A stretch of DNA of 64,000 nt from DHVE2 group archaeon. GTDB taxonomy: Archaea > Thermoplasmatota > Thermoplasmata > Thermoplasmatales > Aciduliprofundaceae. Under the pieces are notes generated by a model. It made no database searches, was not told the origin of the DNA, and saw only the letters and a list, made by a program, of their open reading frames with translations. Both the position numbers and the translations under genes were made by a program. The stretch lies in the NCBI GenBank assembly GCA_027023265.1, contig JALVVV010000055.1:19907-83906 (forward strand), given 5' to 3'. Numbering within the stretch: position 1 is the stretch's first letter; every line of letters begins with the position of its first letter. Below are positions 8,157-16,911 of this stretch, piece by piece.

Positions 8157-9578
8157 ATGAAATTCTCGCACATCGCCGACGCGCATTTAGGCGCATTCTC
8201 AAAAAATAGGAAGCTCAGCGAGCTTAACTTAAAAGCGTTTAAAATTGCCATTGAAAAAAGTATAGAGGAAAGTGTGGATTTTATAATAATTGCCGGAGAC
8301 CTTTTTCACAATCCTCTTCCAGACATGGATATTGTGAAGAGTACAGTCTCCATACTCCAGAGAGCAAAGGAACAGGGGATAAGGATATACGTTGTTTATG
8401 GCTCTCACGATTTCTCTGCGGGTACAACCTCTCTTTTAGATGTATTGTCTGAGGCAGGAGTGTTCAGGAAGGTAGTTCGCTACGAGATTCACGATGGGAA
8501 GCTAAGGCTCATTCCCATTAAAGACCCTTCTGGGGTGTATCTTGTTGGAATGCCCGGGCTAACTGCTGCTCGGGAAGTCTTTTATTTTCTGGATGAAGAG
8601 CAGGGAATTGACAGGGAATATCTGGAATCGGTACCTAACCCGAAGATTTTCATATTTCACACAACGGTTAATGAGCTAAAGCCGGAGTACATAGCGGATA
8701 AAAACGCGGTCCCTCTTTCTCGTTTCCCCAGAGGTTTTGACTACTATGCTGGAGGACACCTGCACGAGAGAATAGAGCACAAACTTGACTCGGGATACCT
8801 CACATATCCCGGAGCTCTTTTTGGGTCAAATTACAGCGATTTAGATGTGTTAACAGACAAGCAGCGTGGTTTTTACATAGTCGAAGATTTCAAGCCAAGA
8901 TTTGTGCCGGTAAAAGTATGCGAATTTGAAAAGGTTGTGTTCAAGGCTGATGGGAATAGTGCAACGGAGCTCCAGAAAAAACTCATGGAGTTTGCTTCAA
9001 GAAATCACGAGGGTCGCGTTGTGATATTGAAAGTACGCGGTGAACTGAAAAGCGGCAAGGTGGCGGATATCAATTTCAGGGCAATCCGCGATAAAATTCT
9101 CGAAAGCGCAATAGATGTGCTTGTGAACACGTACGCGCTTCGCAGTGTTGAAAGCGGAAGAATGAGCGTGCCTGTGGAAGAACAGGAAGAGATAGAGAGA
9201 CGGGTTTTTGAGGAGATATCTGAATACGGTTTAAATTTCACTGTATCCCTTTTTAATTTGTTGCGCCAGGAGAAGAAAGATGAAGAGACCAAAAGCGATT
9301 TTGAAAGGCGGATAACTCAGGCTGCAATGGATATGATTGAGCATGCCGTGAAAAATTATATAAAATCCGGAGAAAAATCGGATAAGGGTGAGTTGATAGC
9401 CCGAAGTGAACCTGAAATTGAAACCGTGGATGAGAATGCTGAAGATGAAGTGAGTGAGAATTGCGATAAAAAATCAGAGGATATCGAAGAAAGCAGTCCA
9501 AAAGAAAAAACTCCGGAGGATGAGAAACGAAGAAAGGTGAAAGCTGGGAGGGTCGCCACGCTTTTTGATTTCGGGTGA
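8157..9578 (+). CDS. mre11: DNA double-strand break repair nuclease Mre11
   Basis: Phosphoesterase motifs FSHIADAHLG, IIAGDLFH, YGSHD and GGHLHE. ATG at 8157 has gttaaatac about 27 nt upstream. Acidic C-terminal tail ending ...RVATLFDFG. Confidence 0.9.
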   Translation: MKFSHIADAHLGAFSKNRKLSELNLKAFKIAIEKSIEESVDFIIIAGDLFHNPLPDMDIVKSTVSILQRAKEQGIRIYVVYGSHDFSAGTTSLLDVLSEAGVFRKVVRYEIHDGKLRLIPIKDPSGVYLVGMPGLTAAREVFYFLDEEQGIDREYLESVPNPKIFIFHTTVNELKPEYIADKNAVPLSRFPRGFDYYAGGHLHERIEHKLDSGYLTYPGALFGSNYSDLDVLTDKQRGFYIVEDFKPRFVPVKVCEFEKVVFKADGNSATELQKKLMEFASRNHEGRVVILKVRGELKSGKVADINFRAIRDKILESAIDVLVNTYALRSVESGRMSVPVEEQEEIERRVFEEISEYGLNFTVSLFNLLRQEKKDEETKSDFERRITQAAMDMIEHAVKNYIKSGEKSDKGELIARSEPEIETVDENAEDEVSENCDKKSEDIEESSPKEKTPEDEKRRKVKAGRVATLFDFG

Positions 9579-9583
9579 TAATC

Positions 9584-11992
9584 ATGATCATACGAGAGGT
9601 GGAGATGAAGAATATACGTAGTTACGAGCATGTAACAATTCGCTTTCCAGAAGGAACGGTGTTGTTTGAGGGAGATATAGGAAGCGGGAAAACCAGCATA
9701 TTGATGGCTATAGAGTTTGCACTTTTTGGTAATTCTACATCTGCCATGTATCAAAAGCTTCTCAGAAAGGGTGCGACATCAGGATATGTAAGGGTAGTTT
9801 TTGAAGAAGGTGGAGCTAAATACGAGATATTTCGCTCTCTTTCTAAAAAGGGCAGGGGTATTAAAAACGACGAGTCCTACGTGCTTGCCCCCGATGGCAA
9901 GAAGATACTTAGTGCAACGGAGATTCGTACATATTTCCTTGATTTGATGGGAATATCCGTTAGTGAAAAAAAGAGGCGCAGCCTTCCAATAGTCACCTAT
10001 GCGATATATACCCCGCAGGAGACCATGAAGGGCATCTTAGAAGGGGGAGATGAAGAACGTGTTGAGGTAATTCGCAAGATTTTCAAGCTTGACGAGTACC
10101 GCGTTGCCCGGGATAATGCAGGTGTTGTGATTGACCACCTCAAATACAGAACGGGCGCCCTCGAACAGTACAGAGAGAATATAGAAAGAATAGACGACGA
10201 GATATCTATTATCGAAGCGGATATAAAATCAAAAAACGAAGAAATAGAAAAATTGAAAAAGAATTTGGAGATTTTAAAAAGAGATGAGAAAGAACTTGCC
10301 AGGCTTGTTGAAGATATGGTTAGAAAGAGAAAAGCCTACGAGAATTTATCAAGAAAACTCGCGGCGTTGGATTCCAGCATAAACCATGTTCGTGATAGCT
10401 TAAACGCGCGCTCTCGTGAGATTAAAGAACTGGAAATGGAAAGAGATAAGTTGAGAACGTTGAGCCAGGATGCTGAGAAATACGAGCGCGTTAAAAAGGA
10501 AATTGAAACTCTTTTTTCTAAAGTGAAATATGCAGAAAAACTCAGGGGAAAGATTAACGTTATAAAAGCAAAAATAGAGAAAATAGAGGAGGATATTAAA
10601 AAACTGAAAAAAGCTGAAGAACAGGTTGAGAAACTGAAAGATGAGGAAAAGAACATACAGGATTCCCTGAACTCTCTTGTTTCCATAGATTCTAAAATTG
10701 AGGACATTGATGCTCGAATTCGCAGTCTCCAGTTTGCAGTTAGAAGCAACAAAGAAAAGATAGAGGCAAAGCGGGAGGAATTGGAAGAATTTTCAAAGTT
10801 AGGTGCAGTTTGCCCCACTTGTAAGAGGGAGTTGCCAGAAGAGCATAAGTTAAATCTGGTTAATCAAACTAAAGAAGAAATACAGAAATTAGAGAGGGTG
10901 CTTAACTCCGTGAGAAACAAGCTTGACGCATCTTTGAAAGAGCGAGAAGAGCTTAAAAAACTTGAGAAGAAGAGGAGGAATTTGGAACTCAGACTTACGA
11001 AGGTTAAAACTGAAATAGAAAATCTAAATTCTGCAATTTCTGAGGCCGGCCAAAAGAATGATGAGATGCAAAGGTTAAGGGAAGAAATGACGGACGTGGA
11101 GAAAGAGCTCACTGCTCTGGGAGATGTTGAAACGGTGTACAGGAAAAGGGAAGAGGAATTGAAAATACTCGAGAAAAAGTGGAGGGAATACCTTAGAGTG
11201 AAAGAGAGGTTTTCCCGTATAGTGAATCTTAAAAAGGAACTGGAGTTGCTGAAATCCGAGTTGGAAAAACTTGAAGAACGGAGAAAAGAGATTCACGATA
11301 ATATTTCTTCTCTGGGATACAGCGAGAAGGAATACGATGAGTTGAAGAAAAAACACGATGAGCTTCGCCTTGAATTAGTCACTTACCATGAGCGATTAAA
11401 ATCCTTCACGGAGGCAATTTCCGATTTAAAGGATAGAATGGAAGAAAAGAAAAGGTATCGCAGGGAGTTGCAGGAGAAGATATTGATGACGGAGAGACTT
11501 GAAGACATGAAGAACTGGCTTGAAGAAAAGTTCAGGGTGGCACTTGATAACATAGAAAAGATGAGGTTATCTGCCATTAACGAGGAGTTTAGAATGCTTT
11601 TTGAGATGTGGTTCAACCAGCTTTTGGAGGGTCGTAATTACACCGCCACCGTTGATGAGAATTTCAAGCCCGTGGTAAGATATGAACAGTACGATATGCC
11701 GCTGGATACTCTGAGTGGAGGAGAACGAACAGCGGTTGCTCTTGCATACAGGTTAGCATTAAACACGATGGTTAAACGAGCTCTCGGATTGAAGAGCAAT
11801 ATCCTTATTTTGGACGAGCCCACGGACGGATTCAGCAAAGACCAGCTTTACAGGTTGAAGGATATCTTTGACAAAATGGGGACTGATCAGATTATCATAG
11901 TGAGCCACGAAAAAGAGCTTAGAAACCTTGCAGATGTCATATTTCACGTGGAAAAAATTGGAGGCAAGTCTAAAATCACCGCGGTTAGTTGA
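9584..11992 (+). CDS. rad50: DNA double-strand break repair ATPase Rad50
   Basis: Walker A GDIGSGKTSIL, long K/E-rich coiled coil, zinc hook GAVCPTCKREL, signature LSGGERTAVALAYRLAL, Walker B/D-loop ILILDEPTDGF. SD GGTGAT lies 4 nt before the ATG at 9584. An alternative GTG is at 9575. Confidence 0.93.
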   Translation: MIIREVEMKNIRSYEHVTIRFPEGTVLFEGDIGSGKTSILMAIEFALFGNSTSAMYQKLLRKGATSGYVRVVFEEGGAKYEIFRSLSKKGRGIKNDESYVLAPDGKKILSATEIRTYFLDLMGISVSEKKRRSLPIVTYAIYTPQETMKGILEGGDEERVEVIRKIFKLDEYRVARDNAGVVIDHLKYRTGALEQYRENIERIDDEISIIEADIKSKNEEIEKLKKNLEILKRDEKELARLVEDMVRKRKAYENLSRKLAALDSSINHVRDSLNARSREIKELEMERDKLRTLSQDAEKYERVKKEIETLFSKVKYAEKLRGKINVIKAKIEKIEEDIKKLKKAEEQVEKLKDEEKNIQDSLNSLVSIDSKIEDIDARIRSLQFAVRSNKEKIEAKREELEEFSKLGAVCPTCKRELPEEHKLNLVNQTKEEIQKLERVLNSVRNKLDASLKEREELKKLEKKRRNLELRLTKVKTEIENLNSAISEAGQKNDEMQRLREEMTDVEKELTALGDVETVYRKREEELKILEKKWREYLRVKERFSRIVNLKKELELLKSELEKLEERRKEIHDNISSLGYSEKEYDELKKKHDELRLELVTYHERLKSFTEAISDLKDRMEEKKRYRRELQEKILMTERLEDMKNWLEEKFRVALDNIEKMRLSAINEEFRMLFEMWFNQLLEGRNYTATVDENFKPVVRYEQYDMPLDTLSGGERTAVALAYRLALNTMVKRALGLKSNILILDEPTDGFSKDQLYRLKDIFDKMGTDQIIIVSHEKELRNLADVIFHVEKIGGKSKITAVS

Positions 11993-12067
11993 AGATATTT
12001 GCGCTCGTTTGCAACTGAATGTCATAAGTGGATTTCAAAATGCAGTTTTACCGTCATGTTAGAAAGG

Positions 12068-12077
12068 TATATATTTG
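12068..12077 (+). promoter_or_regulatory. TATA-box-like element about 25 nt upstream of the aminotransferase ATG (leaderless-type promoter)
   Basis: gtatatattt is centred about 25 nt before the ATG at 12097, and there is no SD in between. Confidence 0.4.
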
Positions 12078-12096
12078 CGACACTCATGCCCTAACT

Positions 12097-13410
12097 ATGA
12101 TATCGCCAAAGGAAGTTCATAAGGTTTTAGGGGAACGCATTTTGACTGATGGCTTGGATATGGTTCTGGATATTGACAAGAGCCATGGTATGTGGCTTTA
12201 CGATGCTAGGCATAGCAAGTACTATCTTGACTTCTTTGGATTCTTTGCAACGAGCGCTCTGGGAATGAATCATCCAGGAATGTTCGACCCGGAGTTCTTG
12301 AAGAAATTGCAGAGAACTGCAATAAATAAAATAACAAACAGTGACATCTATACCGTGGAGTATGCGGAGTTCGTGGACACACTCTCAAAGTATGCTACAC
12401 CCTCGTATTTCCGCTATTTCTTCTTTGTATCCGGTGGGGCTTTGGCCGTGGAAAACGCACTTAAAACCGCTTTTGACTGGAAAGTGCGCAAGAACATAGC
12501 TGCTGGAAAAGGAGAGAAGGGTTACAAGGTAATACATCTCAAGGAAGCGTTCCACGGTAGAAGCGGGTACACCATAGCTCTCACAAACACCTTTGATCCA
12601 AACAAGACAAAGTATTTCCCCAAGTTTGACTGGCCTCGCGTTACAAATCCGAAAATCACGTTTCCTCTCGAAGGAGAGAACCTGGAGAAAGTTAAAGAGA
12701 TGGAGAAGAAAAGCCTTGAGGAAATACAGGAGGCTATAGACAAGTATCAGGACGACATCGCCGCGTTCATAATAGAACCAATACAGGGTGAGGGCGGCGA
12801 CAATCATTTCCGCAAGGAGTACTTCAAGGCAGTTGAGGAGATTACCAAGAAGAATGATATAATGTTCATCGTTGACGAAGTGCAGACCGGTGTTGGTTCT
12901 ACAGGCAAATGGTGGGCCCACGAGCATTTTGACGTGCAGCCGGACATAATGTCATTCGGCAAGAAGATGAAGGTCTGCGGCATAATGGTGGGAGCCAAGG
13001 TTGACGAAGTCGAGGACAATGTGTTCCACGTATCCAGCAGAATCAACTCCACTTGGGGTGGGAACATAGTGGATATGGTTAAGGCACAGAGAATTATTGA
13101 AATAATACACGAAGACAAGCTCGTGGATAACGCCGCGAAAATGGGCGAAGTGATGATGAAGATTCTTCACGAGTTAGAGGAGAAATTCCCAGAGAAAGTA
13201 AGCAACGTGCGTGGCCGTGGAATATTTGATGCGTTTGATCTTGCCACTACAGAGATGAGGGACAAGTTCTTCTCCGAGGCGTACCGCAATGGATTGCTTA
13301 CCCTGAAGAGCGGAGCTCGTGGCATTCGATTCAGGCCTCCTTTGATAATAACAGAAGACGAGATAAACCTCGCCCACGATATAATGGAGAGAACTATCCG
13401 TGAGCTGTAA
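12097..13410 (+). CDS. Class III PLP-dependent aminotransferase, L-lysine 6-aminotransferase-like
   Basis: DGLDMVLDIDKSHGMWLYDA...YLDFFGFFATSALGMNHPGM and FFFVSGGALAVENALKTAFDWK resemble LAT-type transaminases as I remember them. The N-terminal SPKEVHKVLGERILTDG aligns near residue 3 if translation starts at 12097. Confidence 0.8.
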   Translation: MISPKEVHKVLGERILTDGLDMVLDIDKSHGMWLYDARHSKYYLDFFGFFATSALGMNHPGMFDPEFLKKLQRTAINKITNSDIYTVEYAEFVDTLSKYATPSYFRYFFFVSGGALAVENALKTAFDWKVRKNIAAGKGEKGYKVIHLKEAFHGRSGYTIALTNTFDPNKTKYFPKFDWPRVTNPKITFPLEGENLEKVKEMEKKSLEEIQEAIDKYQDDIAAFIIEPIQGEGGDNHFRKEYFKAVEEITKKNDIMFIVDEVQTGVGSTGKWWAHEHFDVQPDIMSFGKKMKVCGIMVGAKVDEVEDNVFHVSSRINSTWGGNIVDMVKAQRIIEIIHEDKLVDNAAKMGEVMMKILHELEEKFPEKVSNVRGRGIFDAFDLATTEMRDKFFSEAYRNGLLTLKSGARGIRFRPPLIITEDEINLAHDIMERTIREL

Positions 13411-13427
13411 ATTTTTCTATTTTTTAT

Positions 13428-14648
13428 TTACCTGTTTTTCATCTCTTGCGCCCAGCGAAGGTAGAAGTCAATGTTGCCTATGATATTTTTCAACACGTGC
13501 ATCTCCCAGTTCGGATGTATTATTGCCCGTTCCTCCATAAATTTTGGTTTTGCTTTTGCAACAGGAGAATTAATTTTTTCATTGCTTTTAATGATTTTCT
13601 CAGGAACGTACAATCCAAGTGTCCAGTAGCTGTCCTCGCTCAGATATAAATCTCCGATTCCAAAAAACATTTGCGGTGCAGCAAATTTTATGAGATCTTC
13701 GTTTTCCATGTTGATTGCTCCAGTACCCATGTCAGCCACAACTGTGTTCTCCACATTGAACTCCTCTATGGATTTTAAAACTATCTCAGCAAACAAAAAG
13801 CTTTCTTCATCTACGCCAGAGACATGTTTTGACAGTCCTGTTTGCATATATGCTCTTATTACCTCTCTCTTAGTGTCTTTTATATACCTTTTGAGAAGAT
13901 TTTCACCAGTGTATTTTGATAAAATGGACCACATTTCCACGGACGAGTTCCACCACCTCTCTTCAAGATTCATTCCAAACATAATTTTTAAAGTCTGAGC
14001 GATACTTCTCCATGGCTCTGAATTGAACGAGTATATTTGCCAATCCTCTGAAATATTTTTCCAGCTGGTAATTCTATTCCAGTTAAGGAACTCTGGAAGA
14101 TTGGATATATCGTACATAGTTTCCGCGTATTTTTTTGGAATGCCGGCAAGGGATATTACAAAAAACACCTTTCTGTTCGTCTCCGGATATAATTTTACAA
14201 TTCTTTTTAACAGAGATTCTGCAATATTAATTAATTTCTCTTCGCTTGGATAGTCTTCCAGGTGGGCATTGGAATTGAATCCCGCTGAGGTTAGAATTTT
14301 GTGAATTTCCCTCATCACATTATAAAATGAATTGCAATTATAATCTCCAAGAGTTTCGTTTACAATCCTTGCCTGTTCTTGAGGTCCATTGTCGTCAACT
14401 TCTATTATTGCCGTTCCGTATAAGTCTCGCATGAATTCTTGCCATGCTTTCTCTGTTCTTATGTTAAAAAACGCATCAGTTTTTGCGCTGCCGTAAGTGA
14501 TATCCACACCGTTCAGTGATCTAAGGTATGCCATACTTTCTATATAGAGTGTTAACGCATCGTAAAGCTTCCCCATCTGATTCTTTAATTCCAACCATTC
14601 GCTTTCCTCGTTCCAATCAAATCCCATTATGCTCTTATTTATTTCCAT
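13428..14648 (-). CDS. Hypothetical protein (406 aa), no recognisable motif
   Basis: Long uninterrupted ORF with protein-like composition. No family recognised by eye. Confidence 0.6.
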   Translation of the reverse strand: MEINKSIMGFDWNEESEWLELKNQMGKLYDALTLYIESMAYLRSLNGVDITYGSAKTDAFFNIRTEKAWQEFMRDLYGTAIIEVDDNGPQEQARIVNETLGDYNCNSFYNVMREIHKILTSAGFNSNAHLEDYPSEEKLINIAESLLKRIVKLYPETNRKVFFVISLAGIPKKYAETMYDISNLPEFLNWNRITSWKNISEDWQIYSFNSEPWRSIAQTLKIMFGMNLEERWWNSSVEMWSILSKYTGENLLKRYIKDTKREVIRAYMQTGLSKHVSGVDEESFLFAEIVLKSIEEFNVENTVVADMGTGAINMENEDLIKFAAPQMFFGIGDLYLSEDSYWTLGLYVPEKIIKSNEKINSPVAKAKPKFMEERAIIHPNWEMHVLKNIIGNIDFYLRWAQEMKNR

Positions 14649-14892
14649 GTTTTCACCTCACAAATTGTTCTATACCATTATGGCATATACTTAAATGTTT
14701 TTTCGAAGGTTCTATAACTGGTATTTTAGTGGATTTGAGTGTGCGTTTTTCTGGCGTTTTTCCTGCCAAAGCTTTAATAGAATTGCATGGCAAAACATAC
14801 ATGCTGAAAAATCCCAAACTTTAAAAACTAAATGATTAGTGACGGGATGAGCATTTTAAATGCGATGCTGACTATTCACAAGCATAGCGCAG

Positions 14893-14977
14893 TGCGGGGG
14901 GCCGGATTCGAACCGGCGAACCCCTACGGGAACAGATCTTGAGTCTGTCGCCTTTGACCTAGCTCGGCAACCCCCGC
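14893..14977 (-). tRNA. tRNA-Leu (CAA)
   Basis: Minus-strand cloverleaf. Acceptor GCGGGGG/CCCCCGC plus A, anticodon stem ACAGA/TCTGT with loop CTCAAGA, long variable arm (TCCCGTAGGGGTT), T-loop TTCGAAT. Confidence 0.9.
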
Positions 14978-15040
14978 TCACGATGGGAATTATTCGGGAA
15001 TATAAAATCTTTTTCTCTATAAGGGACATTCAATTATGGT

Positions 15041-15871
15041 TCAACAGTAAATTGGTTCAAATTTTTCGTTTCTCACCAGAGTATATTTTAACTTGCCGCC
15101 CTTCCATGATATTCTATACTCGCTAATGCTTGGGTTGAACTCCTCTATTTTCATTACCACGTGCCTCGGCGTGTGCTCTCCTATTATGTTCATTGCCACA
15201 TCTACGGGAATCCAATTACCTGATGGTAGATATACCTCGCTCCACGCGTGTGGTTCTTCCACTTTATTTACGTAAAATCCGGTGACTCTTCTTGCTGGGA
15301 GCCCTCTTATTCTTGCGAGGGTGATGAACAAATCTGTGAATTCATCGCAATCTCCCCTTCCCAGCCGGTATGCCTTCTCTGCTCCAAGTCTCTCGTTTTG
15401 TGGTTCTGCATTTTTTATTTTTGACCACAGAAACTCTCCTGCTTTTTTAACCCACATTTCTATGTGATTCTCTTTGAACCATGGCTCATGGGATACGGAT
15501 TTTATAGCTTCTGAATATACCGGCCAGTATTTCTCGTTAGTTTGATATTTTTTTGATAAAGTTTTGGGTATTTCGCTCATGTATCCCCATGATTTTTGCT
15601 CCACCATTTTGAATGCATAGGGATATATGCGGTACTTCCTGTAAATTTCAAGTATCCCTCTTTTATTTATCAGGCCAGAGTGCACCAAAAACCTGTTTTC
15701 TCCTTTTTTAATCGTTCTGAAAGATTCTGGTTTTTCTTCAATTATCACTTTCTGATAGTGCTCTGCATAGCTCTGTACCTTTACAGTGATTCTCACGTTT
15801 CCCGTGGATTCATATCTCAGATTATCCAGATGCTCAATACTCCACCCACAAAGATATCTCACATTCTTCAA
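15041..15871 (-). CDS. Transglutaminase-like cysteine protease-fold protein
   Basis: Core GRGDCDEFTDLFITLARIRGLPARRVTGFYV...PHAWSEVYLPSGNWIPVDV contains the Cys-His-Asp triad pattern. Confidence 0.8.
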   Translation of the reverse strand: MKNVRYLCGWSIEHLDNLRYESTGNVRITVKVQSYAEHYQKVIIEEKPESFRTIKKGENRFLVHSGLINKRGILEIYRKYRIYPYAFKMVEQKSWGYMSEIPKTLSKKYQTNEKYWPVYSEAIKSVSHEPWFKENHIEMWVKKAGEFLWSKIKNAEPQNERLGAEKAYRLGRGDCDEFTDLFITLARIRGLPARRVTGFYVNKVEEPHAWSEVYLPSGNWIPVDVAMNIIGEHTPRHVVMKIEEFNPSISEYRISWKGGKLKYTLVRNEKFEPIYC

Positions 15872-15891
15872 AAAGAGAGGTTTAATTTAAA

Positions 15892-16911
15892 CTATTCCCT
15901 TTTTGCTTCTATGCTGTAATCCCAGAACAGGGGCCCATACTTTACGATTTTCGCCCATCTCTCTCTGCATTTGCAGTTCAGGTTAGCAAGGTAAGAAATG
16001 TCCTGGTGCAGCGAGAAATCATATATGGCTTTCACTACAAGCTCGTCACACTTGCCGCAGTTATGTGCTCCTCTTTTTGTCCCTCCAGCAGTTGGGTACG
16101 ACACTATCTCTCCAAGCTCGTGCGTTCTTTTTAGAACCTCCACGATGCTCCACAGCCACGGGGGGCTGTACTCCCCGCGTTGCCACAGGTACTCTACCAG
16201 TGTATTTCTCTGTATGTTCATTGGATTTAGCGAAACCACTTCAGAGTATCGTGTAGCCAGCTTTATTGTCATAATTGCCTCTTCTATTGCCTCCCTTTCG
16301 GTCATAAAAGGTGGTTTTAGCAAGGCGTAGCTCTTTACAGGAATTTTTGCGTCGTTTAGCAGTTTAGCGGCGTTTACGTAATGTCTCACCAGAAATCCCT
16401 TGTTTATGCGAAATAAAAGTGTTTCATCGTTGGCGCTTTCTAAGCCAAGAGCGATCATGACTTTCTCCTTTGATTTGAGCCACTCTATTTTCTTCTTTAC
16501 AAATTCTGGTCTGGTCTCTACAATTATTCTCTCCGCAGATGAAAATGAATCTATAATTTCATTTTGAATTTCAGTGGGGACCTCATCATCGTCCAAAAAG
16601 CTTCCCGAGGTGTATATCTTCACTAATTTCTCTCCGCGGTACTTTTCAAGTGCGTCCTCTATCTGCTGTTTCAAATCTTCTTTTTTTATTGCTGAGCTTG
16701 TATCGTTGTAGTACCCGCACATGGAACATCCCGATACTTTTGCCCACCTGCACCCTGTAGTTCTCAAAATAACAACAAAAGAATCTATAATCTCTCCATT
16801 GAGCCGGTCCTTCTCCCTCCACGCGCCTATCAATCCTTTTTTTTCGGGCCTTCTATTTTGCCTTCTCAGCTCCCTTATCTTTCTTACTATTTCCACGTGT
16901 TCCTCATGCAT
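15892..16911 (-). CDS. Radical SAM protein, possibly the RaSEA-type (TIGR01210-like) archaeosine-synthesis enzyme
   Basis: Cys cluster TTGCRWAKVSGCSMCGYY near the N-terminus and a second Cys cluster (CGKCDE...CKC) at the C-terminus. The family-level assignment is from memory only. Confidence 0.7.
   Translation of the reverse strand: MHEEHVEIVRKIRELRRQNRRPEKKGLIGAWREKDRLNGEIIDSFVVILRTTGCRWAKVSGCSMCGYYNDTSSAIKKEDLKQQIEDALEKYRGEKLVKIYTSGSFLDDDEVPTEIQNEIIDSFSSAERIIVETRPEFVKKKIEWLKSKEKVMIALGLESANDETLLFRINKGFLVRHYVNAAKLLNDAKIPVKSYALLKPPFMTEREAIEEAIMTIKLATRYSEVVSLNPMNIQRNTLVEYLWQRGEYSPPWLWSIVEVLKRTHELGEIVSYPTAGGTKRGAHNCGKCDELVVKAIYDFSLHQDISYLANLNCKCRERWAKIVKYGPLFWDYSIEAKRE

Noticed and set aside
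10336-11616. Several 77-160-aa minus-strand ORFs inside rad50
   Set aside because: They are Ser/Phe/Leu-rich antisense readings of the K/E-rich coiled-coil codons, and rad50 motifs occupy the + frame throughout. The same logic rejects 9005..9754 (antisense to the mre11 tail) and 28598..29077 (antisense to SPFH).
8157-11992. Expected herA/nurA partners next to mre11-rad50
   Set aside because: They are not present on either side (a PRC-barrel gene upstream, an aminotransferase downstream). Unlinked herA/nurA is known in some Euryarchaeota, so I did not count this as an anomaly.
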